Assembly: GCA_964575955.1 (NCBI GenBank)
Contig: CAZNTG010000006.1
Span: forward strand, 128,001-192,000
Reading direction: 5' to 3'
From: an uncultured Thermoproteaceae archaeon
GTDB taxonomy: Archaea > Thermoproteota > Thermoprotei > Thermoproteales > Thermocladiaceae
DNA: 64,000 nucleotides
The notes beneath the pieces are model-generated. The model saw nothing but the letters and a program-made list of their open reading frames with translations, was not told the DNA's origin and ran no database searches. Below are positions 30,723 through 41,159 of this stretch, piece by piece; position 1 is the first letter of the stretch, and each line of letters begins with the position of its first letter. The position numbers were made by a program, and so were the translations under genes.

Positions 30723-31087
30723 ATACTCATCTTCTCAATCCTATCTAATAATAAATCCTTCAACTTCTTAATTAAGTTAAAAGCCCTATTGTAAGGTGTA
30801 ACACCTTTCTCAAGATCTCTAATAATATCATCAATATCTGTAAGATATTCTAAAGTAATGTCATATTTAGCAAGTATATTACGAATTCTCTTAAGATCTA
30901 GAAGAGTCATATCATAATTTTGATAGAGATCATGTCTATAACATACATAGCTCAATATCGTTATAACATCTATAATATCAGAGACAAACTGCTTAAGCAA
31001 TATAATATCCTCACTCATCAAATAGCAACAATCAACAGGAACTAAAAACATCTCTCCAATAAAGATAGAAAGATTGAAATAAGACAA
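30719..31087 (-). CDS. Hypothetical protein
   Basis: ORF converging on the radical SAM gene. Confidence 0.5.
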   Translation of the reverse strand: MSYFNLSIFIGEMFLVPVDCCYLMSEDIILLKQFVSDIIDVITILSYVCYRHDLYQNYDMTLLDLKRIRNILAKYDITLEYLTDIDDIIRDLEKGVTPYNRAFNLIKKLKDLLLDRIEKMSI

Positions 31088-31127
31088 ACTTTAAATACAC
31101 TACAAAACTTTAACTAAAACGAATATA

Positions 31128-31206
31128 GCGGCCGTAGTCTAGCCTGGTCTAGGATGGCGGCCTGCCGAGCCGCTGAACCCGGGTTCAAATCCCGGCGGCC
31201 GCACCA
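31128..31206 (+). tRNA. tRNA-Gly(GCC), CCA encoded
   Basis: Same body as the TCC gene with anticodon GCC; TATA-like TTTAAATA at 31090-31097. Confidence 0.97.
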
Positions 31207-31246
31207 AAGAAATCCCTTAAAAGCTGTTTAACTTTGAAATCATCAT

Positions 31247-32068
31247 ATGAGCACTCTTAAGGTATTCGCATTAGTAGGAAGCCCAAGGCGAGGTAATACT
31301 TGGAGGCTTGTAGAGTTATTTTGTACAATTCTTACAAGGTTTGCAGGTAGTTTAGACTATATTATCAAGAGAGTCGATGATTTTCATATTGATTTTTGTG
31401 ATGGATGTCAAAGATGCATTATTGAAGCCTCGAAATGTCATATAGAGGATGATCTTGATTTAGTGAAAGGCTATATTGAGAAATCTGACCTCTTTATCTT
31501 GGCATCGCCAGTATATTTACATAACGTCTCTGCACAGCTTAAGAAGTTTCTGGATAGAACAGCTTCTTGGTGTCATAGACCACCATTCCTTGGGAAGTAT
31601 AGTGTTGTAGTTGCTACGACAGCTGGTTCGGGTCTGCTTGAAGTTTTGAAATTCCTAAGAGGTATAGTGACATCATGGGGAATGATATGCTTAGCAGAGA
31701 TTGGAGCAATAATGCCTACTGACGAGTTTTTAGACAAGGAGAAAGTTGAGACCATGTTAGAAAATGTAGCAATACGTATAATCAGGATAGTTAGACGTGA
31801 AGCTAAGCCAAGAATTACTGCCGAAGACATAGTAAACTTTAAACATTGGAAGTTCAAAATATTGGAAGCCTCCCAATATCTACCTCACGACTATGAATAT
31901 TGGCGTACTAATAAACTACTGGATAGAGAATACTACTATGTAGAGGATATAGTGGAGATACCTCATGAAGAGATAGAAAAAGCTAAGAGAATAGAAAGTC
32001 AATATGATGAATATTGGAAGATAATTGGAAAGATATATGAGAGTGGAGGTATATACATAAACATGTAG
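31247..32068 (+). CDS. Iron-sulfur flavoprotein / NADPH-dependent FMN reductase family
   Basis: GSPRRGNT, CDGCQRC.....C, ASPVY, K.FLDR. Confidence 0.85.
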   Translation: MSTLKVFALVGSPRRGNTWRLVELFCTILTRFAGSLDYIIKRVDDFHIDFCDGCQRCIIEASKCHIEDDLDLVKGYIEKSDLFILASPVYLHNVSAQLKKFLDRTASWCHRPPFLGKYSVVVATTAGSGLLEVLKFLRGIVTSWGMICLAEIGAIMPTDEFLDKEKVETMLENVAIRIIRIVRREAKPRITAEDIVNFKHWKFKILEASQYLPHDYEYWRTNKLLDREYYYVEDIVEIPHEEIEKAKRIESQYDEYWKIIGKIYESGGIYINM

Positions 32069-32100
32069 GTCTAAGTTTCTAAATTTATTTTTTGAGATAG

Positions 32101-32150
32101 TCAGTAAGGGGTGAATTCTTCATGTTTCTGACCGGAAACCTTTTCATCAT
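32101..32150 (-). ncRNA. C/D-box guide sRNA
   Basis: Minus strand reads ATGATGA-AAAGGTTTCCGGT-CAGA-AAC-ATGAAGA-ATTCACCCCTTA-CTGA. Confidence 0.85.
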
Positions 32151-32204
32151 GTATGTTTTTATTTATACGCTAGTTATTTATATGTTTCTTTTTCTGTTTC
32201 TATC

Positions 32205-32870
32205 ATGAGACGTATATTGTTTATTGCTGTTGGAGTTGCTGTTATTATTGCAATTGTTAGTTTAGTGTTGTTTGTATATGGTTTTCATGGTAAGTCTAGA
32301 TGTTATACTCCTCTAGAAGTTTATAGTAAGGTTGGTAGTTCTATAATTAGTCATCCATTTTATGCTAAGTATGTTGTAGAGATTTCTGAAGATGGTATTG
32401 TTAAGAGTTTTAATATTATTTTAGAATCTGATGGTAGAGGTATGTGTTTATTGAAGTATATGTCTGAATATGCAAACTATGTTATTGTTCTATCGAGATC
32501 TGGAGATGTATATACTATATGTAGGATTGTTAAGACTGTATCTATGAATAATCCTGTAACTACTATGAGTATTATAAATTCTTCAAGTGGATATCCACTT
32601 CAAATACTATTTTATAAGAGTGGTCTTTCAGGAATTTTTAATGCAATTACTGTAGCTATAGTTAAGGGTAGATGTATTGAAAATTCATATGTTGTGAAGT
32701 ATGGTGGTTATAATATAACTGTCATACTTTTAAATAAGTCTGGACTATATATACCTAAGCTTGTCAAGATTGTTGGTAAGAATGGTACTATCGTTATGAA
32801 GCTTGTCAAGTTTTTCAATATGTATGATCCACTAGATTTTGATAAGGTTACTAAACTTTGTATTGAATAA
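32205..32870 (+). CDS. Membrane-anchored hypothetical protein
   Basis: N-terminal hydrophobic helix; next to an ABC exporter. Confidence 0.7.
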   Translation: MRRILFIAVGVAVIIAIVSLVLFVYGFHGKSRCYTPLEVYSKVGSSIISHPFYAKYVVEISEDGIVKSFNIILESDGRGMCLLKYMSEYANYVIVLSRSGDVYTICRIVKTVSMNNPVTTMSIINSSSGYPLQILFYKSGLSGIFNAITVAIVKGRCIENSYVVKYGGYNITVILLNKSGLYIPKLVKIVGKNGTIVMKLVKFFNMYDPLDFDKVTKLCIE

Positions 32871-33594
32871 TCTGTGTTAACTCTCTTATAAGATTGTCAA
32901 TTTCATGTTTTTCATAAGTTTTAACTATTTTACCACCTCTAAGTCTAGTAACTCTAGTACAGTATGGAAGTAGTTCTATATTATGTGTTGCAAGTATTAT
33001 AGTAATTCCAAATTCCTTATTAAGTCTTGATAATATTTCCATAACATTTTTAGTAGATTCAACATCTAGATTACCTGTTGGTTCATCTGCAAGTAGTATT
33101 TTTGGTCTACCTACAATTGCTCTAGCAATCGCAACACGCTGTTGTTCACCACCACTAAGCTGTGTTGGTTTCATAAATGCTTTTTCTTTAAGTCCAACAG
33201 CTTCAAGAACTTCCATAGCTAATCTCCTTCTCTCACTCTTCGAAACTCCCTTAGCTATCAGTGGAAGTTCAACATTTTCAATAACTGTCATTCTAGGTAT
33301 TAGATAGAATTGTTGAAATACAAATCCTATTAAATCTCTTCTAAGTTTTGATAATTCATCTTCACTTAATCTATTAAGTTCAAGACCGCAAACTTTAACA
33401 ATACCCCTACTAGGCTTTTCAATACCACCAATAATGCTTAACAGTGTTGATTTACCACTACCTGAAGGTCCAATTATACAGTGAAATTCTCCATCATCAA
33501 TACATAGATTAACTTCTTGAAGAGCTACAACTCTACTCTCACCAATCTTATACACCTTCCACACATCTCTCAATTCAACAATAATCTCACTCAT
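32851..33594 (-). CDS. ABC transporter ATP-binding protein (LolD/MacB type)
   Basis: GPSGSGKST, LSGGEQQRVAIAR, DEPTGNLD. Confidence 0.95.
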   Translation of the reverse strand: MSEIIVELRDVWKVYKIGESRVVALQEVNLCIDDGEFHCIIGPSGSGKSTLLSIIGGIEKPSRGIVKVCGLELNRLSEDELSKLRRDLIGFVFQQFYLIPRMTVIENVELPLIAKGVSKSERRRLAMEVLEAVGLKEKAFMKPTQLSGGEQQRVAIARAIVGRPKILLADEPTGNLDVESTKNVMEILSRLNKEFGITIILATHNIELLPYCTRVTRLRGGKIVKTYEKHEIDNLIRELTQIIQYKV

Positions 33595-35204
33595 GATCTC
33601 ACTCTCCTCCTATATGCAATAACTATGGATATTACAATAACTAAAATTACTACACAGGCAACTATGTACGGTATGTACATCATACTTCCTGAAATTTTTA
33701 CATTAGAGTATGAGAAAAGTTGTGTTAAACTACCTTTAACAACTTTCACATATTCTGTCCTTACTATCCTATGAATCTTACCGTACGGATCTAGATATGT
33801 TATAACAATCTTATAACTCAACAATCCACTTCTAGTTATATTAAACGTGAATGTTGCAGGAACTTGAGAATACGGTTCTTCTCTAACATATACACTATAT
33901 GTAGGTGTTATTGGTTCTAAACCTATACCAGGAATTATGCTAATATTTACATTATATGCAGATGCTGTACCATAATTCTCAACTAGTAGAGATATTACAA
34001 GTGTCTCACCAACATATGGAGTTTTTGGAACTACCGTAATCTGTGAAATCTGTAAGTTTGGCATTGGAAGTTTCTCAATAGTTAAAGTACCATATTTATA
34101 CATCAATATTCCTGTTGGTATACTATATGTCAATAGGTATGTTATTGCAACGCTACTCTGCATAGACATAGATTGAGTAGATATTCTTGGAGTTACGATT
34201 GTGATATTGATAGATTTACAAGATCCTGAATCTATAGTACCAACAGGAATTTTTGAACTACTTCTAAGAACTGCACCTCTAACAGACTCTACAGTAAGAG
34301 TCACATTTGTTATAGGTGAAGAATACATATTGCATATCTCAATACTGACATTACTAGTCTCTCCAAGTGGTACTGAAAGTGTTTTAGGATATACTTGAAC
34401 AAGACCGTAAGATGTTATTGATAGTACAATACTCCTATCAACAGTATGTATATTGCCTATAGAATCAACATAAGATCCATAAATTCTCAAAATTGAAAAT
34501 CCAACATTACTAGCAGTAACTATCAACATATTATCACTAAAACATTCACCAACCTTCAATACACTTCTATAAACATTTAAACTACTAGTATTTACAACAG
34601 TTATAGTTGTTGATGATGGTGTTATTCCAAAACTCAACTTTAAATCATACACATTACCTGAACCATAATTACAAATCTTAACATTTAGAAGATATTTAGA
34701 ACTTGGAGATAGTGTTGTCGGATTTACAAATATCTTCAATAGTGGATTTCCAGGTATGTATATTGTATAGTTTATCTTCTGTTCCTTAGGAATAACACTA
34801 ATAGCATATCCTGGAACTAGAACACCACCTCTAGATACTAAAACTTCTAACTCTTTTTCCCACCATATGATAATTTTAACAATATGCCATTTATCAACTG
34901 TCGTATTTGTAATAATATTGAAATTTATAGTCTGGTATGGATATATGAGTGAATATTGTATTGGTAGTGGTGTTATTGTTGTTGAATTATATACATATAC
35001 GTAAATTTTAACATTTTTCAAGAATGTATCTTTAACATGTATTAAACATATACTTAACAAAACAGGACCTTTCTTCAATGTTGTAGTTCTAATAACTTTA
35101 ACTCCACATAGTTTAAATTGGTAGTTGTTAGCAAATATTTGAGGTATTGATAACACTATGATACATATAGTTACTATTGCTAAAAATCTCAATAAGTTAC
35201 TCAT
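33591..35204 (-). CDS. COG1361-like S-layer/CARDB-repeat surface protein
   Basis: Signal peptide from MSNLLRF (likely start 35204), repeated NYG..A.NV beta domains, C-terminal TM helix followed by RRR. Confidence 0.75.
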   Translation of the reverse strand: MSNLLRFLAIVTICIIVLSIPQIFANNYQFKLCGVKVIRTTTLKKGPVLLSICLIHVKDTFLKNVKIYVYVYNSTTITPLPIQYSLIYPYQTINFNIITNTTVDKWHIVKIIIWWEKELEVLVSRGGVLVPGYAISVIPKEQKINYTIYIPGNPLLKIFVNPTTLSPSSKYLLNVKICNYGSGNVYDLKLSFGITPSSTTITVVNTSSLNVYRSVLKVGECFSDNMLIVTASNVGFSILRIYGSYVDSIGNIHTVDRSIVLSITSYGLVQVYPKTLSVPLGETSNVSIEICNMYSSPITNVTLTVESVRGAVLRSSSKIPVGTIDSGSCKSINITIVTPRISTQSMSMQSSVAITYLLTYSIPTGILMYKYGTLTIEKLPMPNLQISQITVVPKTPYVGETLVISLLVENYGTASAYNVNISIIPGIGLEPITPTYSVYVREEPYSQVPATFTFNITRSGLLSYKIVITYLDPYGKIHRIVRTEYVKVVKGSLTQLFSYSNVKISGSMMYIPYIVACVVILVIVISIVIAYRRRVRS

Positions 35205-35305
35205 GAATTGTCTAGACATAGATATTTTCACAAGTTTTAACAATTTAATAAATCCTACTACATGCATTTCATAGACAACTTTAAATACTTGAAATACAGT
35301 ACTGA

Positions 35306-36487
35306 TTGAAGTTACCTGTGAGACTTGTAGATTACTTCTCAATGTCTTGGAGATCTATATGGGAACGTAGAGGTAGGACTATAGGTTCTATAATTGGCAT
35401 AATTATAGCTGTTCTAGCACTTGGAGCTGCTCTAGGTATTGGTCAAGGTCTTAGATGTAAAGTTATGTCACTTATGGCAACTATCTTTGGAGTTAATGTT
35501 GTATATGTAATACCTACACATGGAGTATTGACATTTGCACAAATTGCACAACTAGCCTCAATACCATACGTTAAGAATGTTATACCAATATGCTTCACAT
35601 ATGGTGTAGCATATGTTGGTGGTAAGAAAATTAGTGTACAGATATTAGCAACAACACTATCAGGAGTATTGAGACTTATAGGTGCATCATCACTAAAACA
35701 AATGTTAATTCAGGGAAGTCCAGTACTAGCTCCTGGAACAGCATTGATAGGGTATAATATTGCATTTACCTCAAGTGGTCTTCAAGTAGTCTATCCTGGT
35801 CAGAAGATTGTTATTAAAACTATGACTGGAAGATTCATAACTCTCAAAGTTACAGGTATTCTAGCACCAACATACGTTGTAGGTTATGCAAATCCTAATA
35901 AAGCAATATTTGTTGATTTTAACACATATTTCACATTTATAAAATCTGTAAGAGGTTACGATATAGCACTTGTATATGTAACATCACTATCTAAGATAGA
36001 TTATGTTGTAAAACTCATAAAGAAGATGTATCCAACTTATGAAGTATTTAATCCACAGACAATACTACAGAGCTACAATACTTTTCTAACAGGTCTTGAA
36101 CTATTCCTAACAGCTGTAGCAGCTGTAGGTACATTGATAATAGGTTTATGGATGTTTGATACAATGACTATGAGTGTTATTCAGAGAACTCGTGAAATAG
36201 GTGTTATGAAAGCTGTAGGATTTACAAGTAGACAAATATTCTTCTTAATACTATTCGAGGCGATAGTAATATCGATTGTTGGTGTAGCTATAGGAGATGT
36301 ACTACTCGGAATAATTTCAAGATTTATAACACTTCGTCTAGGATTTCTACAAATACCAATAATGATAACACCAATATCACTACTCATAGTGTCTATAGTA
36401 CCCATAATTGCAAACATAATTGCAGCATTATGGCCTGCTATGAGAGCAACAAGAATAACACCACTACAAGCATTAAGGACAGAATAG
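35306..36487 (+). CDS. ABC exporter permease (MacB/FtsX family)
   Basis: R.GRT...IIGIII, RTREIGVMKAVG, PA.RA....P.QALR.E. Confidence 0.9.
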   Translation: MKLPVRLVDYFSMSWRSIWERRGRTIGSIIGIIIAVLALGAALGIGQGLRCKVMSLMATIFGVNVVYVIPTHGVLTFAQIAQLASIPYVKNVIPICFTYGVAYVGGKKISVQILATTLSGVLRLIGASSLKQMLIQGSPVLAPGTALIGYNIAFTSSGLQVVYPGQKIVIKTMTGRFITLKVTGILAPTYVVGYANPNKAIFVDFNTYFTFIKSVRGYDIALVYVTSLSKIDYVVKLIKKMYPTYEVFNPQTILQSYNTFLTGLELFLTAVAAVGTLIIGLWMFDTMTMSVIQRTREIGVMKAVGFTSRQIFFLILFEAIVISIVGVAIGDVLLGIISRFITLRLGFLQIPIMITPISLLIVSIVPIIANIIAALWPAMRATRITPLQALRTE

Positions 36488-36488
36488 T

Positions 36489-37400
36489 TTAGATAATTTC
36501 AAAAATTTTGAAAGATCTACCAATCAATACCTCTCTCACGACTCTACCATCTACATATCTAATAACAGTACCATCTTCCTGAACATATTGATTTGAAGAT
36601 GCATATACTATAGATCTAGTATACATTCTCAATCTAACTTGAATAGAATCTTTAACAGTTGAAGTACATACATGTATATTTAAATCTCTAAACTTCCTAG
36701 ATAAAATATTCAAAACCTTAATACATGACTCATAGCTACCTCTTAAAAATCCTCTATAATCAACTTCATATCCACGATTAATTATGTTATCAACATTTGA
36801 ATCATTTATATCAACCTCATTTAAATTTACAAAACTTATAATATCTCTATGATATAGATCTTCGACTACATTAACAATATTTTCTTCCCATCCCGGAAAT
36901 ACAGGTACTTCAACTCCAATATCAAAAGTGGTGTCCCTTAAATATTTAATATTTATTAATACTTTGTGTAGAGCTTCTCTGCATGTTATATGTAGTCTAA
37001 GTTCATCTATAGGAATTTGACATATCTTCATTAAGAAATGTCTACTCCACGATATTGGGTTTGTATATATGTGTATATGAAAATCTTCTCCATACTCTCT
37101 CTTTAAAAATCTACATAGTTCGCATAATCTATCATCTACTAATGATGGTTCACCACCTGTAATTGCTACACCTCTACTAAGACTATTCTCAATTTCTTCC
37201 AGTATAGTTATCAAATTTGCATTTACATCATTTATGTATATTACATCTCTACCTTTCCTATCTCTACTCACTGGACAGTAAAAACATTTAACATTACATA
37301 GACCTGTTATAAATATGACACTTTTAAGACCTAGTAGACAAAGTTCACATCCTCTAGGTAACTTACCGTGGTATATGTTTCCTCTCTCAATATTTATCAT
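36489..37400 (-). CDS. Radical SAM protein (COG2108-like)
   Basis: LPRGCELC, TGLCNVKCFYCP, ITGGEP. Confidence 0.85.
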   Translation of the reverse strand: MINIERGNIYHGKLPRGCELCLLGLKSVIFITGLCNVKCFYCPVSRDRKGRDVIYINDVNANLITILEEIENSLSRGVAITGGEPSLVDDRLCELCRFLKREYGEDFHIHIYTNPISWSRHFLMKICQIPIDELRLHITCREALHKVLINIKYLRDTTFDIGVEVPVFPGWEENIVNVVEDLYHRDIISFVNLNEVDINDSNVDNIINRGYEVDYRGFLRGSYESCIKVLNILSRKFRDLNIHVCTSTVKDSIQVRLRMYTRSIVYASSNQYVQEDGTVIRYVDGRVVREVLIGRSFKIFEII

Positions 37401-38455
37401 AATTCTACTTCTCTCAACTTTCTAGCAGTATCTTCAGGATATGTAACTATTACAGGTTCTTCATGAAGAAGTTCTATGAATCCAATATCGTTAGTGTAGT
37501 ATGGTATTGGTTCTTTTCTAGTAACTAGTCTCATAAATAGTCTAAAGTATCTATGATTTTGAGAAGCAGATGTTGAATATATTGAGAAATTGAATGATCT
37601 TTGACCTAGCACATATCTATAACCTCTAAGTACTAGACATATAGATTTAGAGAGATTTTTTATATCAAAATCTTCAAAATTTAATATATCTACCTCATCT
37701 CTATGTACTATATGTACCTCATTGTAAGACTTTGGTGAGTATGCAGCAAATATTGTAAAACTTTCAATTTCTCTAATAAGTCTATCTTTTAGATATATCT
37801 CACTCTCAACATAATCAAGCATCATATTTCTTAAAAACTTCCTGTAGTATAGTCTACACCTTCTTAGAATCTCGTAATGATATGTTGATGGGTATTTACT
37901 TGCAAATACCTGTATATGTGCATGTGGAATAGAACTTCCTGCTGGAAATAGGAAGTTCATATTAATGTAGTGGTATTTATAATCTTTTCCTAATTTCTTA
38001 AAATATTCTATACATGAGTGTATTATATCTTCAAGATATTCACATATATCTGAAACATCTATTTCATGTCTATCTGGATCTATTATACCAATTACATGTG
38101 TATCAGCAAATGGGTATAGGTTTGGAGTTATGATTACCTTTCCAAATCTTATTCTTGTATTATCTACAAATTTTGGAGTTAAATTCTCAACTCTATCTCT
38201 ACAGAAGACACAGGTATTGTAAGTCTCTTTAAATATCTTATCTACACACTCCTCAATTTCTTTCTCATCAACCTTCCTCTCTCTTAGAGCTCTTTCAACA
38301 TTTATTCTACACCACCTACCTGTAAGTGGATCTCTTCTTCTCTCAATCACATACTCTCTAATTGAAAAGTTAAGTCTTGGATCTCTAAGTTTTGCAATTT
38401 CAATAATCTTCACATACCTAATACCTCCAATACCTCTAACAACTTCAACATACAT
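37397..38455 (-). CDS. galT: Galactose-1-phosphate uridylyltransferase
   Basis: RRDPLTG, CVFC, PNLYPF, AGSSIPHAHIQ; likely start MYVEVV. Confidence 0.8.
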   Translation of the reverse strand: MYVEVVRGIGGIRYVKIIEIAKLRDPRLNFSIREYVIERRRDPLTGRWCRINVERALRERKVDEKEIEECVDKIFKETYNTCVFCRDRVENLTPKFVDNTRIRFGKVIITPNLYPFADTHVIGIIDPDRHEIDVSDICEYLEDIIHSCIEYFKKLGKDYKYHYINMNFLFPAGSSIPHAHIQVFASKYPSTYHYEILRRCRLYYRKFLRNMMLDYVESEIYLKDRLIREIESFTIFAAYSPKSYNEVHIVHRDEVDILNFEDFDIKNLSKSICLVLRGYRYVLGQRSFNFSIYSTSASQNHRYFRLFMRLVTRKEPIPYYTNDIGFIELLHEEPVIVTYPEDTARKLREVEL

Positions 38456-38495
38456 ACGTATGGTATATCTAGAAGATTTGTAGTATATATGCAAG

Positions 38496-39485
38496 ATGTT
38501 TGAAGTCAAATGTACACGATGTGGTAAGAGAACAGCATTCTATCTTAGACAGTCTTCAGGAGAAGCACTATGTAAACAATGTTTTATAAAATCTATAGAA
38601 GATAAGTTTTTAAGAACTATAAGAGATTATGAGATGTTTAATAATGATGATAGTGTTGGTATTGCAGTAAGTGGTGGTAAAGATAGTCTTGTACTGCTAA
38701 ACCTATTTTTTAAAAATATTAACAAACCACCTATCAGAAATATAAAGAGAATTTTAGTATTTACAGTAGATGAAGAGTTGGAGTATAGTAAGTATAAGTT
38801 AACTAGAGTTCAATATATTGAAGATATATGTAGAAAGTATGGTGTTGAATATAGAGTATATAGAATTAGTGAGTTATTAGGAGTATCTGTATCTGAGGTA
38901 TATGAGAAATTGAGAATTAAAGGTGAAAATGTGAATATGTGTACTATATGTGGAGTTTTTAGAAGAAGAGCTATTAACGAGATTGCACATAGAGAAGGTT
39001 TAACAAAAATTGTCACAGCACATAATCTGGATGATGAAGCACAGACAGTACTACTAAACGTATTTTCTAATGATTTAAAGAGATTTAAATGGTTTGGAAC
39101 TATAACAGGTGAGGATGTTGAATACTTCATACCTCGTGTAAAACCTCTAAGATATATTAGAGAGGAGGAAATTGCAATATATGCATATCTGATGAATATA
39201 CCAATGTTAGAGAGAGAATGTCCATATGTAAGAAATAATCCTAGATATAGTCTTAAGTTTATACTCTCAGAATTAGAGAAGAAAAATCCAAATATAAAAT
39301 ATATGATAGTATCTTTTGGAGATTCACTATCAAGACTATTAAAAGATTATAAATATTTTGAGAAAAGGGTAAAAGTATCTAAATGTGAAATATGTGGAAT
39401 ACCAACAACAGGAAATATATGTAGAACTTGTGAACTTGTAGTTAATGCAGGACTACTTGATAAATACATTCTTAAGAAGACTTAA
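38496..39485 (+). CDS. tRNA 2-thiolation enzyme (TtuA/NcsA, TIGR00269 family)
   Basis: N- and C-terminal Zn fingers, SGGKDS, CTICGVFRR, AHNLDD, ECPY. Confidence 0.9.
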   Translation: MFEVKCTRCGKRTAFYLRQSSGEALCKQCFIKSIEDKFLRTIRDYEMFNNDDSVGIAVSGGKDSLVLLNLFFKNINKPPIRNIKRILVFTVDEELEYSKYKLTRVQYIEDICRKYGVEYRVYRISELLGVSVSEVYEKLRIKGENVNMCTICGVFRRRAINEIAHREGLTKIVTAHNLDDEAQTVLLNVFSNDLKRFKWFGTITGEDVEYFIPRVKPLRYIREEEIAIYAYLMNIPMLERECPYVRNNPRYSLKFILSELEKKNPNIKYMIVSFGDSLSRLLKDYKYFEKRVKVSKCEICGIPTTGNICRTCELVVNAGLLDKYILKKT

Positions 39486-40212
39486 ATTCGACTTCAACAG
39501 TTATAGAATGTTCATTCTTGATATTAATATTCATATCATACCTATATTTACTTCTATACAATTCCTCAATCATGCCTTTCAGATACTCTAAAACTATGTT
39601 AACATCTATACAGTCTGACAGTTCCAAGACTACCTTAGTATTACACTGTATCTTTACATTATCTATCTTACATAATCCTCTTAATTGCAATGTTTTTGAT
39701 AGTTCTAGAAGATCTTCAACTATTGGATCCTGAATTGAGAAGTAGTTTTTTACAAATTTTGCATCAAACCTACCCATGAAGTATGCAACCTTCATTAATG
39801 ATGACAATTCATCTTTAGCTAAGTCTTGAAGTAGGTCTTTATCAAGTATGACAACACTTCTACCTCTAAATGTTGGTCTTATAAATCTTGGTAAGACTAC
39901 AGGACTTGCTCTCATGTATCTGTAAAATACTTCCTTAACAAATGAGAAACTCTTAATCTTCTGTATAACATCATCAATACTAGTCATACATCTTGTAAGA
40001 TCTACAACAAAGTAGAATGAGTGTTCAAGAGCATTAACACTCACATTCAATATATTTATACCATTATCAGCAAATACGTTAGAAATTGCTGCCAAAAGTC
40101 CTGGCCTATCTTCACTTGTGAAAATACAGACTTCACATAGAGTAAATGGAGTTGATGATGTGTATGCTAGAAAAAGTTCATTATTAACAATCTCTTCAGA
40201 TTTAGAAGCCAC
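39472..40212 (-). CDS. ACT-domain protein
   Basis: DRPGLLAAISNVFADNGINI ACT signature. Confidence 0.75.
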   Translation of the reverse strand: MASKSEEIVNNELFLAYTSSTPFTLCEVCIFTSEDRPGLLAAISNVFADNGINILNVSVNALEHSFYFVVDLTRCMTSIDDVIQKIKSFSFVKEVFYRYMRASPVVLPRFIRPTFRGRSVVILDKDLLQDLAKDELSSLMKVAYFMGRFDAKFVKNYFSIQDPIVEDLLELSKTLQLRGLCKIDNVKIQCNTKVVLELSDCIDVNIVLEYLKGMIEELYRSKYRYDMNINIKNEHSITVEVEFKSS

Positions 40213-40227
40213 GTCACATGTTGTAAA

Positions 40228-41157
40228 GTGGGCTTTAAAAGATTTCTAAATAATATAGTAATGATAAAATTCGTGGAAGGTAACATCATTCGTAGATTTG
40301 ATCCTTGGAGAGGAAAACTCTGTACATGTCCACCTAAATATTCACTAAATCCATATACAGGATGTAGCCATATGTGTATTTATTGCTATGCAACATCATA
40401 TATTGGTAGGAGAAGAAGTACACCTAAGAAAGATGTAGTTGATAGAGTTATGAGAGATTTGAAGAAAATTGATAAGAATTTAATAATAAACATGTCAACA
40501 TCTAGTGATCCTTACCCACCTGAAGAGATTGATCTTAAAGTAACTAGAAAAATATTGAAAATATTGATAGGTAATGGTTGTAAAATTCTAATAACTACGA
40601 AGAGTAGTATAGTTGTTAGAGATATAGATATTTTGAAGAGTGGTAGATGTGCTGTGATGATTACTATAACAACATTAGATAAGAATCTTTCAAAGAAGTT
40701 AGAGCCTAACGCACCACCTCCTGAAGAGAGATTGAGGGCTTTAGAAAAACTTTCTAATGAGAATATACCTGTAGGTGTTAGAATAGATCCAATAATACCG
40801 TATGTTAATAATGATGAGAAGATTTTGAAAGAACTTGTTAAGACTGTTGTAGATTTAGGAGCTAGACATATAACTACATCAACATATAAGGCTAAGCCAG
40901 ATAATTTCAAAAGAGTTATACAGACATTTCCAGAACTTGAAGATAAGTTACGTAAGTTGTATTATGAAAATTCTGAAATTATTAATGGTTATAGATATCT
41001 CAATATTAAAATTAGGAAAGAAATATTGAGACCTATTATAGAAGAAGCATCAAAATTTGGTATTACATATGCAACTTGTAGAGAAGGAATTTTAGAGTAT
41101 AGAAATTCAAAATCTTGTGATGGTTCTCATCTAATAGAGCTTATAAACTATGCATAG
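40228..41157 (+). CDS. SPL-like radical SAM protein (COG1533)
   Basis: NPYTGCSHMCIYCY, SSDPYP, TKS, EP.AP....RL. Confidence 0.85.
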   Translation: MGFKRFLNNIVMIKFVEGNIIRRFDPWRGKLCTCPPKYSLNPYTGCSHMCIYCYATSYIGRRRSTPKKDVVDRVMRDLKKIDKNLIINMSTSSDPYPPEEIDLKVTRKILKILIGNGCKILITTKSSIVVRDIDILKSGRCAVMITITTLDKNLSKKLEPNAPPPEERLRALEKLSNENIPVGVRIDPIIPYVNNDEKILKELVKTVVDLGARHITTSTYKAKPDNFKRVIQTFPELEDKLRKLYYENSEIINGYRYLNIKIRKEILRPIIEEASKFGITYATCREGILEYRNSKSCDGSHLIELINYA

Positions 41158-41159
41158 TA

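Noticed and set aside
29211-31206. tRNA pair as attL/attR of an integrated element
   Set aside because: Copies are inverted and both full length; no integrase between them
35204-35342. Head-to-head overlap between the S-layer-like gene and the permease
   Set aside because: Artefact of longest-ORF start choice; the signal peptide begins at 35204
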